Source: Octopus vulgaris | Taxonomy: Eukaryota | Assembly: GCA_951406725.2 (NCBI GenBank) | Contig: OX597821.1 | Coordinates: forward strand, 60,388,001-60,452,000 | DNA: 64,000 nucleotides | Reading direction: 5' to 3' | Shown here: positions 52,870 through 64,000 of the stretch, in pieces | How positions within the stretch are numbered: position 1 is the first letter of the stretch | Layout of the letters: every line of letters starts with the position of its first letter | The notes under the pieces: model-generated | What the model was told of the DNA's origin: nothing | Database searches by the model: none | What the model saw: the letters and a program-made list of their open reading frames with translations, nothing else | Position numbers and translations under genes: made by a program

Positions 52870-53500
52870 TGTAGGTTTCATGGGGGTCATCAGGAGAGAA
52901 TGCACATCGTTTCGGGTCCTTCCTCTCACTTACTGAAGAGGGGCTCTGCTTACTGATGAGGGGCTCTGCCTATTGGAGCGACGAAATAGTATTCGATTTT
53001 AAGTCACTCAGCTCGGGATCTTCAGTGCTATTCAAACTGTGGTATCATGCAGGTCGGACTTGCTATTCAGACAAATAGATATCAGTCTCACACTTATATT
53101 CAGAATAGAATAATAAGGGAAGCATGAATATAATACTCAAGTATGTGTCTTCATGGTTTATTAGCAAATGATCTAAAATTACGAACAATAGTAGTTGACC
53201 TGACACGTGAAACTTAAACATCTTAGTTAAAAACATTAATTAAACACATTAAAAATTTTATGTGAGACGATCTAAAAACGGCTAATGAACAAATACTAAA
53301 ATATGCAAATGTAGCTAAGGGCCATTTGGAAATTACGATGCTTCAAAAATCACTACGAAGACACAGAGGCTCTTTCTATCCAGATATAAAAGAGATCTGG
53401 AAAGGAGTTTTCGATGATTGCTTTATTCTTTGGATTGAAAGTAAAGAAAACTCAAACAAGTTTGATATCTTACTTAACGAAATAAATAATAAAATACACA
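52870..53500 (+). mobile_element. Degenerate Penelope-like RT fragment with hammerhead relics
   Basis: IWKGVFDDCFILW..SKEN..KF..LLNEINNKI resembles the PLE RT W.RY.DD.F.IW region. Upstream tandem CTGAAGAG/CTGATGAG...GCTC/GAGC...CGAAA at about 52930-52990. Confidence 0.6.
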
Positions 53501-53642
53501 CATACATACAAAAATGCCCTGTTGATGTTGTTGAAATTCCAATGAAGGAGCTTTGGATCTTGGTTAGAAACCGGCTCTTTCACTATTGGCATGATATCTT
53601 AAAGTAAAACTAAATAACGACATACATACATACATACATACA

Positions 53643-53674
<32 letters not shown>

Positions 53675-54426
53675 CGTATGTATGTATGTATGTATGTATG
53701 TATGTATGTATGTATGTATGTATGTATGTATATAAACGTGTGCATACACATAGATACCTATGCACATTTCTTATTTCTTTACTACCCACAAGGGGCTACA
53801 CTCAGAGGGGACAAACAAGGACAGACAAGCGGATTAAGTCGATTATATCGACCCCAGTGCGTAACTGGTACTTATTTAATCGACCCCGCAAGGATGAAAG
53901 GCAAAGTCGACCTCGGCAGAATTTGAACTCAGAACGTAGCGGCAGACAAAATACCGCTAAGCATTTCGCCCGGCGTGCTAACGTTTCTGCCTTGCATAGC
54001 GTGGTTATTAACAGAAGGAAGTGCGCTAAGACTAATCAATACAAATAAGGTAGTGTCTCACATAGTTTAAAACAACAGGTTGAGAAAATTCGATCAACAA
54101 TGAGTATCCCCAAAATTTGTTTAAAATTTTTTTATTATTCTTTTTTATCTAAGTAGTGTTTAAAATTAAAAAAGAAAACAAGCAAGGCAAAGAGCGAAGG
54201 CTTTATCCTGGCTGCTCAAAACCAGAGCTTATTGACCCGGAACTATCAAGCCAATGTGATGAAACATGGAGTGGCTGTGTGGTAAGTAGCTTGCTTACCA
54301 ACCACATGGTTCCGAGTTCAGTCCTACTGTGTGCCAACTTTGGCAAGTGTCTTGTACTATAGCCTCGGGCCGACCAAAGCCTTGTGATTGGATTTGGTAG
54401 ACGGAAACTGAAAGAAGCCCGTCGTA

Positions 54427-54493
<67 letters not shown>

Positions 54494-54530
54494 GATCAAA
54501 ATAAAATAAAAACATGATGCGAAGGATTCA

Positions 54531-54606
54531 GCGGTACATATGTTTCGGGCCTTTATTAGACATTTATAACAATGCATAATGTATGTCTGTGGCCTTCTTC
54601 AGCCGC
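54531..54606 (-). ncRNA. Type I minimal hammerhead ribozyme (mirror copy in left arm)
   Basis: Exact reverse complement of 57514-57589 (gcggtacatatgtttcgggcc...ggccttcttcagccgc). Confidence 0.75.
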
Positions 54607-57513
54607 GCACAACAGCTTCCACAAGGACATGTGTTACATCAAAAATTCTTGGTTGGGGATGCAAATCCTCTCATTCACGTACGACATAATGCGGCAGCAG
54701 CATAGAATTGAAGCGTCCATCTCTTTCTTCTCCCAATGTAGAATGAGGAAAATTGGATGTTGAGGTAATGTAAATAAATAAATACATATATAGAGGTGAA
54801 GATGGAGGGGCGAGAGTTCGGGACGAGGGATAAAAAATGTATAAAAAGTGTAAGTATAGAATAATATAAAAATGTAGAGGATAAAGATATAAAGAGTTGT
54901 AAGGAGATGTAAAGGGGGTATAAAGAAATATAAAGAAATATAAATAAATGTAAAGGCATAAGGTTATAAAGTAAAAATAGAAATAGAAATAAAAGTAAAA
55001 AAACCTGATAAAAACATGATAAAAGTGTAAAAGAATGTAAAGATAAGGGATGTATATAGGTTACGGACCAAGCATGGTGGTCAGGAGATTGATAAAATTT
55101 AGTTGTAGAATTGTCAGTAAATCAACAGTTTCGTCTGGGGACCTAATGCGTTGTAAATCAGAGCTGATGAGCATTTAATCTGGTTCCTTGAATTAAATGG
55201 ACTTCTAGTACATACATATCATCATGGATACATACACCCACATACACGCGTACATATACGCCTCCAAGCCTATAAGCATACACACGCACTCGTGTGTAAA
55301 CACGTACATAAACACACACGCACCCACACGCACGCGCGTACACACACATACATACAACAGAATATCCGCATGTATACGCGGACATTATACGCGTACACAC
55401 TCACATGTATATACGCGCGCCCATCACTACATACACACACGTATATGCCCACGCATCTAGGTCTAGGTATAAGATATTAAAGGATGTGTATAAGAACGTA
55501 TGTAAAGAATCCCGTACTCATGTCTATACGTGCACGCACACACGGCTGTGTGTCCGTATGTGCGTGCACCTATACACTCATATACACACACAGAGACAGA
55601 GACACACGCGCACATGGGTATAGCTATAAGATATCGAAGTATGCATGTACATATATGCGCGTGCATATGTATGTATGCGCATACACACGTACGCGGACGC
55701 TCGTATAGTCAAAAAGTGGATCCATAGGTAAGTAAATAAACGTATATAGAGGTGTAAAGCGATAAGTTATGGGTAAGAATGAGGGTAAGGGTAAAGATTA
55801 GAAATAAAAAATACAGTATAAAATAAGAAATACAATGTAATAGTTAGAAATGAAATATAAGAATTATAAAAATTATAAGAGTTAAGGTAAGGGATGAAAA
55901 TAAAAATGAGAATAAATGGAAGTAGAATAAAAGTAAAAATAAAATTAAAAATAAAGATAAATGGAAGTAGGATAAAAGTAAAAATAAAAGTAAAAATAAA
56001 AATAAAAATAACATAAAATAAGATAAAAATATAATTTGGTAAAGTTTAACATGAGATGAAGGTGGTTGAAAGTTAGAGGTGTGTGTTAAACGTAGGGGCG
56101 GGCGGGGGGAACTGAAAATTGGAAGGGTGGGAAGTGGAGTTTGGCGTTGTGCGTTCAACATCCGAGTTAGAAATGTGAAAGGGTATAGATATAGGGAATT
56201 AAAGAGACTACATAGGGAGGATATGGGTGTAGGAGAAGAAATATTTAGGGAAAAGAAGTCATATATGGGAGACAAAATATTACATTGTATTTCTTATTTT
56301 ATACTGTATTTTTTATTTCTAATCTTTACCCTTACCCTCATTCTTACCCATAACTTATCGCTTTACACCTCTATATACGTTTATTTACTTACCTATGGAT
56401 CCACTTTTTGACTATACGAGCGTCCGCGTACGTGTGTATGCGCATACATACATATGCACGCGCATATATGTACATGCATACTTCGATATCTTATAGCTAT
56501 ACCCATGTGCGCGTGTGTCTCTGTCTCTGTGTGTGTATATGAGTGTATAGGTGCACGCACATACGGACACACAGCCGTGTGTGCGTGCACGTATAGACAT
56601 GAGTACGGGATTCTTTACATACGTTCTTATACACATCCTTTAATATCTTATACCTAGACCTAGATGCGTGGGCATATACGTGTGTGTATGTAGTGATGGG
56701 CGCGCGTATATACATGTGAGTGTGTACGCGTATAATGTCCGCGTATACATGCGGATATTCTGTTGTATGTATGTGTGTGTACGCGCGTGCGTGTGGGTGC
56801 GTGTGTGTTTATGTACGTGTTTACACACGAGTGCGTGTGTATGCTTATAGGCTTGGAGGCGTATATGTACGCGTGTATGTGGGTGTATGTATCCATGATG
56901 ATATGTATGTACTAGAAGTCCATTTAATTCAAGGAACCAGATTAAATGCTCATCAGCTCTGATTTACAACGCATTAGGTCCCCAGACGAAACTGTTGATT
57001 TACTGACAATTCTACAACTAAATTTTATCAATCTCCTGACCACCATGCTTGGTCCGTAACCTATATACATCCCTTATCTTTACATTCTTTTACACTTTTA
57101 TCATGTTTTTATCAGGTTTTTTTACTTTTATTTCTATTTCTATTTTTACTTTATAACCTTATGCCTTTACATTTATTTATATTTCTTTATATTTCTTTAT
57201 ACCCCCTTTACATCTCCTTACAACTCTTTATATCTTTATCCTCTACATTTTTATATTATTCTATACTTACACTTTTTATACATTTTTTATCCCTCGTCCC
57301 GAACTCTCGCCCCTCCATCTTCACCTCTATATATGTATTTATTTATTTACATTACCTCAACATCCAATTTTCCTCATTCTACATTGAGAGAAGAAAGAGA
57401 TGGACGCTTCAATTCTATGCTGCTGCCGCATTATGTCGTACGTGAATGAGAGGATTTGCATCCCCAACCAAGAATTTTTGATGTAACACATGTCCTTGTG
57501 GAAGCTGTTGTGC

Positions 57514-57589
57514 GCGGCTGAAGAAGGCCACAGACATACATTATGCATTGTTATAAATGTCTAATAAAGGCCCGAAACATATGTACCGC
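57514..57589 (+). ncRNA. Type I minimal hammerhead ribozyme
   Basis: Stem I GCGG/CCGC; core CTGAAGA 57518-57524; stem II GGCC/GGCC (A.C at its base) extended by AGACAT/ATGTCT; GAAA 57574-57577; palindromic stem III ACATATGT; predicted cleavage after GUA at 57585. Confidence 0.75.
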
Positions 57590-57708
57590 TGAATCCTTCG
57601 CATCATGTTTTTATTTTATTTTGATCAATTTACTCCACCACCTACACCACCAAACGGTATACACAGGTGCTTATAATTATCAAGTACTCACCCCGAATTT
57701 CTATACTC

Positions 57709-57802
<94 letters not shown>

Positions 57803-58024
57803 GTGTGTATGTTTGTGTGTCTGTGTTTGTCCCCCCAACATCGCTTGACAACCGATGCTGGTGTGTTTACGTCCCCGTAACTTAGCGGTTCGGCAAAAGG
57901 CACCGATAGAATAAGTACTGGGCTTACAAAGAATATGTCCTGGGGTCGATTTGCTTGACTAAAAGCAGTGCCCCAGTATGGCCACAGTCAAATGACTGAA
58001 ACAAGTAAAAGAGTAAAGAGTAAG

Positions 58025-59397
58025 AGAGACCCAAAGATGAAATAGTGGACCACCTAATCTCTGGGTGTAAGGTTTTAGCAGGAAGTAAATGTAACAGTTC
58101 TTTGGGACTTTCCAGTATGTACAGATATTGTTGCGAAAGACAAAAGCAATAAAGTCTGTTTATTGAGTGACATGAGCATACCCTGTGATTATAATATCTC
58201 GGCAAAAGAATTTCATTAGCTCAGAACATGTAAAGGTTTGCTAATCGAAATCGAAAAGATGTGGTATCTCAAGACGGTTACGATGCCAGTGATTGTAGGA
58301 GAATTTGGAATGATCAAAAAAGGAACTGAAAATGATTTGCGAATCTCAGAAAAGATCTATCAAAATAACAAACACAGTACCTAAACAACTCTGGACTTCT
58401 ATAACGACTGAAAAGGTTACCCTGTCACTGTAAAAACTAGACAACTAGAAGTCACCCGGGCACGACAAGATCCTCAACTTCTGGTTAAAATATCTAACAG
58501 GGATACATAAAACGCTGGCTAAGAAATTTAGCAGAGCCAGAGACAATGCCTGAATGGCTCACGGAAGGGAAAACTATCATAATTCCTAAATCTACTGACA
58601 CGGTAAACCTACAAAATTACAGACTGGTATCTTGTCTCGCTATAATTTACAAAGCCTTTACTGCAATAATATCGCAGAGAATGGGCAAACATCTGGAAGA
58701 AAACTACCTGTTTCCAGAAGAACAGAAGGGATGCTACAAGAGCTCATACGGCTGTAAAGATCAGCTACTGATCAATAAAGCCATAACTGAAGACAGCTGC
58801 AGAAAGAAGAAGAGTCTAAGTATGGCCTGGAACAATTACCGAAACACTAGCCACGAACAAGGTAGCACCAATAATCATAAAATATATAAAACATTCCATG
58901 AATAAATGGCAAACAGTGCTACAGCTCCAGACAAAAGTGGGACTCATAAAAACCAAAACTATCCTCATTAGAAGAGGAATATTCCAGAGTGACACGCTCT
59001 CTCCACTCCTTTTCTGCTTGGCACTGACACATTTATCTGACATGCTAAACAGAACTGGATGTGGATACAACTGTTACAGCAAAACAATCAGTTACCTCTT
59101 ATATATGGATGATCTTAAAACTGTATGCTACAAATGATTAACAGCTGAAACATTACTACAGACAGTACCATGGATTTACCAAAGAAATAAACATGGAATT
59201 TGGTTTGGAAAAATATGCCGAGGCAAGCCTGAAAAGAGGAAAACTAATTTAGAGTAACAACATCACATTAGATAAAGCAAATGAAATAAGAGAATTAGAT
59301 CATAGCTAGACATGCAAAAACTTAGGAATTAATGGACTAGATACGATAAAACATATACAAATGAAAGAGAGGCTAAGAAAGGAATACTACAGACGAG
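58025..59397 (+). mobile_element. R4/Dong-like (RLE-type) non-LTR retrotransposon fragments
   Basis: PEWLTEGKTIIIPK, EEQKGC, YGCKDQLLINK, RGIFQSDTLSPLLFCLAL and LLYMDDLK, preceded by C-terminal pieces VDHLISGCKVLA and IEIEKMW..PVIVG. Confidence 0.85.
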
Positions 59398-59573
59398 TTA
59401 TATATATATATAGAATGGGTGAAAGCGCTAATACATGATCTAAGTCATATGATGTATAAAAACATGTAATATACAAATAAATATCTGTAAATATAAAACC
59501 ATCCGATTTTCTGAGTACCTCATTTCTTCTAATATATATATATATATATACATATATATATACACACATACAC

Positions 59574-59639
<66 letters not shown>

Positions 59640-59827
59640 ACATGTATGTATGTATGTATGTATGTATGTATGTATGTATGTATGTATGTATGTATATGCA
59701 CCGTTGGTAATGTCCTGTACCCATATATGCATACACACACATGTGTATTATATATTATTTACTATTTATTATTCAATTGAACACGACGCGTCCATTTCCA
59801 AGTAAGTATTATATATATATATATATG

Positions 59828-59902
<75 letters not shown>

Positions 59903-59904
59903 TG

Positions 59905-60212
59905 AGGGAATATTATTCCAAACTTACAGGGGAAAATTAAATTTAGAAATACTAAATCAAATTTCACAAAATATAATATATATCTATAAATTAATAAAAA
60001 ACCCAACTTTTATCAATTCAATAATGAAAAATTAAGTTATACCATTTAGAAAAATTACATATTAGAGAACGATTAAATATAAGATAAAACATATAGCAAT
60101 GATTAAGTAATGTGCAAAATAATAAATAAAACGTAATATGTAATTTTTCTAAATGGTATAATTTAATTTTTCATTATTGAATTGATAAAAGGTGTTTTTT
60201 TTCTAATTTATA
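59905..60212. repeat. AT-rich element with internal inverted repeat after (TAA)n
   Basis: About 59988-60064 mirrors 60136-60211. The 5' part (agggaatattattccaaacttacaggg..aatttag) is shared with the element at 60790. Confidence 0.7.
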
Positions 60213-60221
60213 TATTATATA

Positions 60222-60708
60222 TATATAAATAAATGAAAGAATGTAGTCGAACGAAGATGTTAACAAAATTCCTTTACTCTCGACATATGTTTGTTTTGTT
60301 TACCATGTAGGCAGTCATCGAAATTTTTGTTTGTCTTGTTGTCGAGAGAGGCTCCCTTTCTTTCCTGATGAGAAGATTGCATAATGCACCCTTTATTCCT
60401 TTGGAATGAAAACATGTTGTCTTCGAAACATATGTCGAGAGTAAAGGAATTTTGTTAACATCTTCGTTCGACTCCATTTTATTTTTTAAAATTTTATTTT
60501 ATCTAGTTTCAGCTCACGAGCTGTGGCCATGCTGGAGCACCGCCATTCTTTCATTTATTCATATACAACACACAAATTTCTGCACATGAACCCGGAGTTT
60601 CTACCCTTGGACAGGTCGCTTCAACCGTGTTTCTGACGTGAATTTGCTACCCAGGTTTCGGTTAAACGAATTTTCCATGCTGAGGATAAACATAGGATAA
60701 TTCATTCA

Positions 60709-60710
<2 letters not shown>
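60222..60710. mobile_element. Palindromic hammerhead-bearing element between (TA)n tracts
   Basis: 60239-60293 is the reverse complement of about 60424-60478. Pairing resumes to about 60564 after a short SINE-tail insert flanked by ccatt, followed by an unpaired tail up to (TA)n at 60711. Confidence 0.7.
60355..60447 (+). ncRNA. Type I hammerhead ribozyme, canonical core
   Basis: Stem I CCTTTCTTTC/GAGAG(T)AAAGG; CTGATGA 60365-60371; stem II GAAGA/TCTTC; GAAA 60425-60428; stem III ACATATGT; predicted cleavage after GUC at 60436. Confidence 0.85.
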
Positions 60711-60789
<79 letters not shown>

Positions 60790-60794
<5 letters not shown>

Positions 60795-60938
60795 GGGAGT
60801 ATAATTCCAATCTTACAGGGAAAAATTCAATTTAGTATTAAATCAAATTTCACTGTATAATTCATATAAAATATGAATTAGAGATAAAACCACTATTATT
60901 CAACTCAAACAGTGATAGACATAAACCAATACATAAAT

Positions 60939-60991
<53 letters not shown>

Positions 60992-61022
60992 TGTTATTTA
61001 TGTAACCAATACATAAATAACA

Positions 61023-61080
<58 letters not shown>

Positions 61081-61152
61081 TGTTATTTATGTATTGGTTT
61101 ATGTCTATCACTGTTTGAGTTGCATAATAGTGGTTTTATCTCTAATTCATAT
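60790..61152. repeat. AT-rich element with internal inverted repeat between (TA)n tracts
   Basis: About 60872-60945 mirrors 61077-61151, with (TA)n at the centre; same leader family as 59905. Confidence 0.7.
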
Positions 61153-61494
61153 TATGTATGTATATATATATATATCACCGTGGCCGACCAGGCTGTCAGA
61201 TATTGCTACACATCACTTGTCACAAGGCGCTTCGCATTGTTTTAGCCTTCAAATGACGCCACCTCGCTGGCTAAGCGAGCAGGCCAACAGAAGAAAGAGT
61301 GAGAGAAAGTTGTGGCGAAAGAGTACAGCAGGGATCGCCACCACCCCCTGCCGGAGCCTCGTGGAGCTTTAGGTGTTTTCGCTCAGTAAACCCTCACAAC
61401 GCCCGGTCTGGGAATCGAAACCACGATCCTACGACCGCAAGTCCGTTGTCCTAACCACTGGGCCATTGCGCCTCCATACACACACACACGCACG

Positions 61495-61564
<70 letters not shown>

Positions 61565-61639
61565 CATACTTTAGTCCGCTAAAAGCCCATAAGTCAGGAA
61601 AAAGATGCACTCGTATATCTGTCAACAGAATGGGTATAT

Positions 61640-62706
61640 TATCCAAAGTGTACAGTTATTATATATTACCAATTGGTTTCGCGCTAGGTGTACGACGGTG
61701 TGTTAGGTAACAATCTGATTATATAACCCTACGCTCCTTACAGGTAGGCGGTATGAAATGACTTATGGAGACTGCTCTCTATTGTTGGAAGTGAAAGGAC
61801 ACATCCAATTTGTGGTTGCTGTGAAGAGGTGATGAAACGAACCGGGTAGGGGGTGTAGTCAAGAGTTATGTCTCTTGGTACTGAGACATCGCCACTGTAA
61901 GTCGGTAAGAGCTATCACGAAGTGTTTGTGGGAATTGTGTGCGTCTTTCAGATTGGTGTTCTTGTGGAAATAGGATATGTGTAGTGGTACTGAATGTATA
62001 ACTTTTGCAGGGCGTGTAGTTATCAATTACTGTTTGCTAGTGTGTTTTCTTTCTGTATTGGTTAAGGTCATGGAGGTTTCATGTGTGCATGCAGTATGTG
62101 TAGGAGTACAATGTGTATGTATGTGTGTGAGTTTATATTGGAGGTGGTAGGAAACGGTCTATTTGGTAGGTGTCCGCCGTCTTGGGGCGTGCGTATTTGT
62201 GGGTGCGTTGGTGAATGTGTATGTGGGTGTGTTGGTGAATATTCTGGTGAAACTCTTTGCCGGACTCCAGAGAATTGGTGAAGAGCCGATGCTTGGGGAC
62301 TGGTGGTTGTAGTCATGATGGGACACGCACGGGGGAAGAGCATATCAACTAAGCTAAGAAAAACCTTACATACTCGAGTTTTAACATTTAAAGAGAAGGG
62401 TGGTGTGAACCACAACACTTTCCGATGTCGCTTTCTCTTGGAATAGTTAGGTTTTGGCGTGTTACTAATTCTATCCTTGAAACCGCTGGCAGCCAGAGCC
62501 TCATTGTAGTATGGGGTGGCAGCATCAAAAATCTCTGCTTGAAGGTAAGTTGGAGATTCTTCTGTTGACGCCCTTTACTTGGTTCTTGAAAACTATGGCT
62601 GGATGATAGGAACCTGTGTTAATGTATGATAACTTCTCGTTTGGCTTCTTAAAGGGTATATGGGCAACAGACTCCAAGTCCAGGGTCACATCAAGGAAAT
62701 CCACCG
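61640..62706 (-). mobile_element. Penelope-like retroelement fragment (RT thumb + 3' non-coding region with degenerate hammerhead)
   Basis: The minus strand encodes TVDFLDVTLDL..PFKKPNEKLSYINTGSYHP..RRISNL..YYNEALAASGF..RKVLWFTPPFSLNVKT (frameshifted). Downstream, stem GCGTAGG/CCTAGCGC + GAAA + ACCAATTGGT lies at 61667-61748. The fragment abuts (TA)n. Confidence 0.8.
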
Positions 62707-62770
<64 letters not shown>

Positions 62771-62879
62771 TTATTCTTTTACTCGTTCCAGCCATGCGGC
62801 TGGAGTCATGCTGGAGCACCACCGTGGTCCTTCTGATTTCCTCAGTCTGGGGTGTTTCATATCACCACTCCTATACGTG

Positions 62880-63230
62880 ACTTTGTCTAAGCTCTCTTAA
62901 CCCGTTTGGTGTATAAGGGAGTTTGATTCCGCTGCCCTCGTCTGCGCCTCATGTCGGGCTGTTGGCTCATCTGGTATTGTGGAGAGGAGGATGTCTAGTT
63001 CCTTTTTGAAGACATATACTTCCACCTTATGCAGATTTCTTAATTTTTGTGCCAGGGCATTGAAGAGCTGTGGGCCTTTGAACCCTAGACTATTGCAGTA
63101 CCTAGCCCTGAATTTAGACGGAGTGGATGGTACCTTTGGTACAATACAATGGTGGCCAGTTCTGGCATTTGTATAACACACAATGCTGAAATTAGGTACT
63201 AGCCCTTCTAGAGTTTTCCATATGTAGATT
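62880..63230 (-). mobile_element. LINE ORF2 C-terminal fragment (CR1/Jockey group)
   Basis: IWKTLEGLVPN..GPQLFNAL..FKKELDILLSTIPDEP..RAAESNSL. Confidence 0.75.
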
Positions 63231-63332
63231 ATATATATTTTATAATATATTATCATTAATATCAGGAAATCAATATTAGCAAATTCTTCAGAAAGATATA
63301 TACGTGTGTTAAATAAATGTTGTGTTAAAAAT

Positions 63333-63745
63333 AGGCGCAGGAGTGGCTGTGTGGTAAGTAGCTTGCTAACCAACCACATGGTTCCGGGTTCAGTCCCACT
63401 GCGTGGCATCTTGGGCAAGTGTCTTCTGCTATAGCCCCGGGCCAACCAATGCCTTGTGAGTGGATTTGGTAGACGGAAACTGAAAGAAGCCTGTCGTATA
63501 TATGTATATATATATATATGTGTGTGTTTGTGTGTTTGTGTTTGACCCCCTAGCATCGCTTGACAACCGATGCTGGTGTGTTTACGTCCCCGTAACTTAG
63601 CGGTTCGGCAAAAAAGAGACCGATAGAATAAGTACTGGGCTTACAAAGAATAAGTCCCGGGGTCGAGTTGCTCGATTAAAGGCGGTGCTCCAGCATGGCC
63701 GCAGTCAAATGACTGAAACAAGTAAAAGAGAAAAAGAGAGAAAGA
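63333..63745 (+). mobile_element. SINE family A, young full-length copy
   Basis: Same head, body and tail with CpGs retained. Confidence 0.9.
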
Positions 63746-64000
63746 GTATATAAATATATGTAAATATGTATAATATATATGACAGTTTAAAAGTTTTGAA
63801 TGAAGTTTTTAAAGCATCTTACGATCGTTTCGTAGAAGTGCTGTCCCTATGATGGAATCCTATATTGATAAACATTTATAGACAATATTAATAATAATAT
63901 ATTATTAAATATATATATCATCGCTCGTATTAAATACATAAATACTTTAATAGTATTAATACTTTGATACAATAGAGCATTCAATATAAATTCAGTATAT

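Larger units (their letters stand above)
54490..57710. mobile_element. Palindromic non-coding element with 1353-bp inverted arms; probable Penelope-like inverted pLTR pair
   Basis: 54490-55842 is the reverse complement of 56278-57630 (mirror ORFs in the track all sum to 112120, so no net indel; one substitution noticed). There is a 435-bp spacer and an 80-nt unpaired tail (57631-57710). The element splits a SINE at its internal (TA)n tract. Confidence 0.85.
54268..58020 (+). mobile_element. SINE family A split by the 3.2 kb palindromic insertion
   Basis: 5' half 54268-54430 and 3' half about 57775-58020 are contiguous in intact copies. Confidence 0.85.

Noticed and set aside
54572-57548. Paired identical ORFs suggesting a duplicated gene
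   Set aside because: They are mirror translations of low-complexity inverted arms with no domain signature.

Overview
AT-rich, repeat-dense eukaryotic DNA, most likely from an octopus or related coleoid cephalopod (inferred from the SINE families and microsatellite load). One protein-coding gene is well supported: an OSER1 homologue on the + strand. It has a CRE-rich promoter and 5'UTR exon near 16.1-16.25 kb, coding exon 20826-21199, a 17.9 kb phase-2 intron and final coding exon 39060-39867. The rest is mostly mobile DNA: several tRNA-derived SINE families, non-autonomous Helitrons, Tc1/mariner relics and MITEs, CR1-, RTE-, R4- and Penelope-like retroelement fragments, minisatellites and local duplications. 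The most striking structure is a recurring architecture of non-coding palindromic inserts at (TA)n microsatellites that carry minimal type I hammerhead ribozyme motifs. The largest is a 3.2 kb element with two near-identical 1353-bp inverted arms, each ending in a near-canonical hammerhead; a second hammerhead with a fully canonical core lies at 60355-60447. Coordinates were read by eye and no alignments or folding programs were run.
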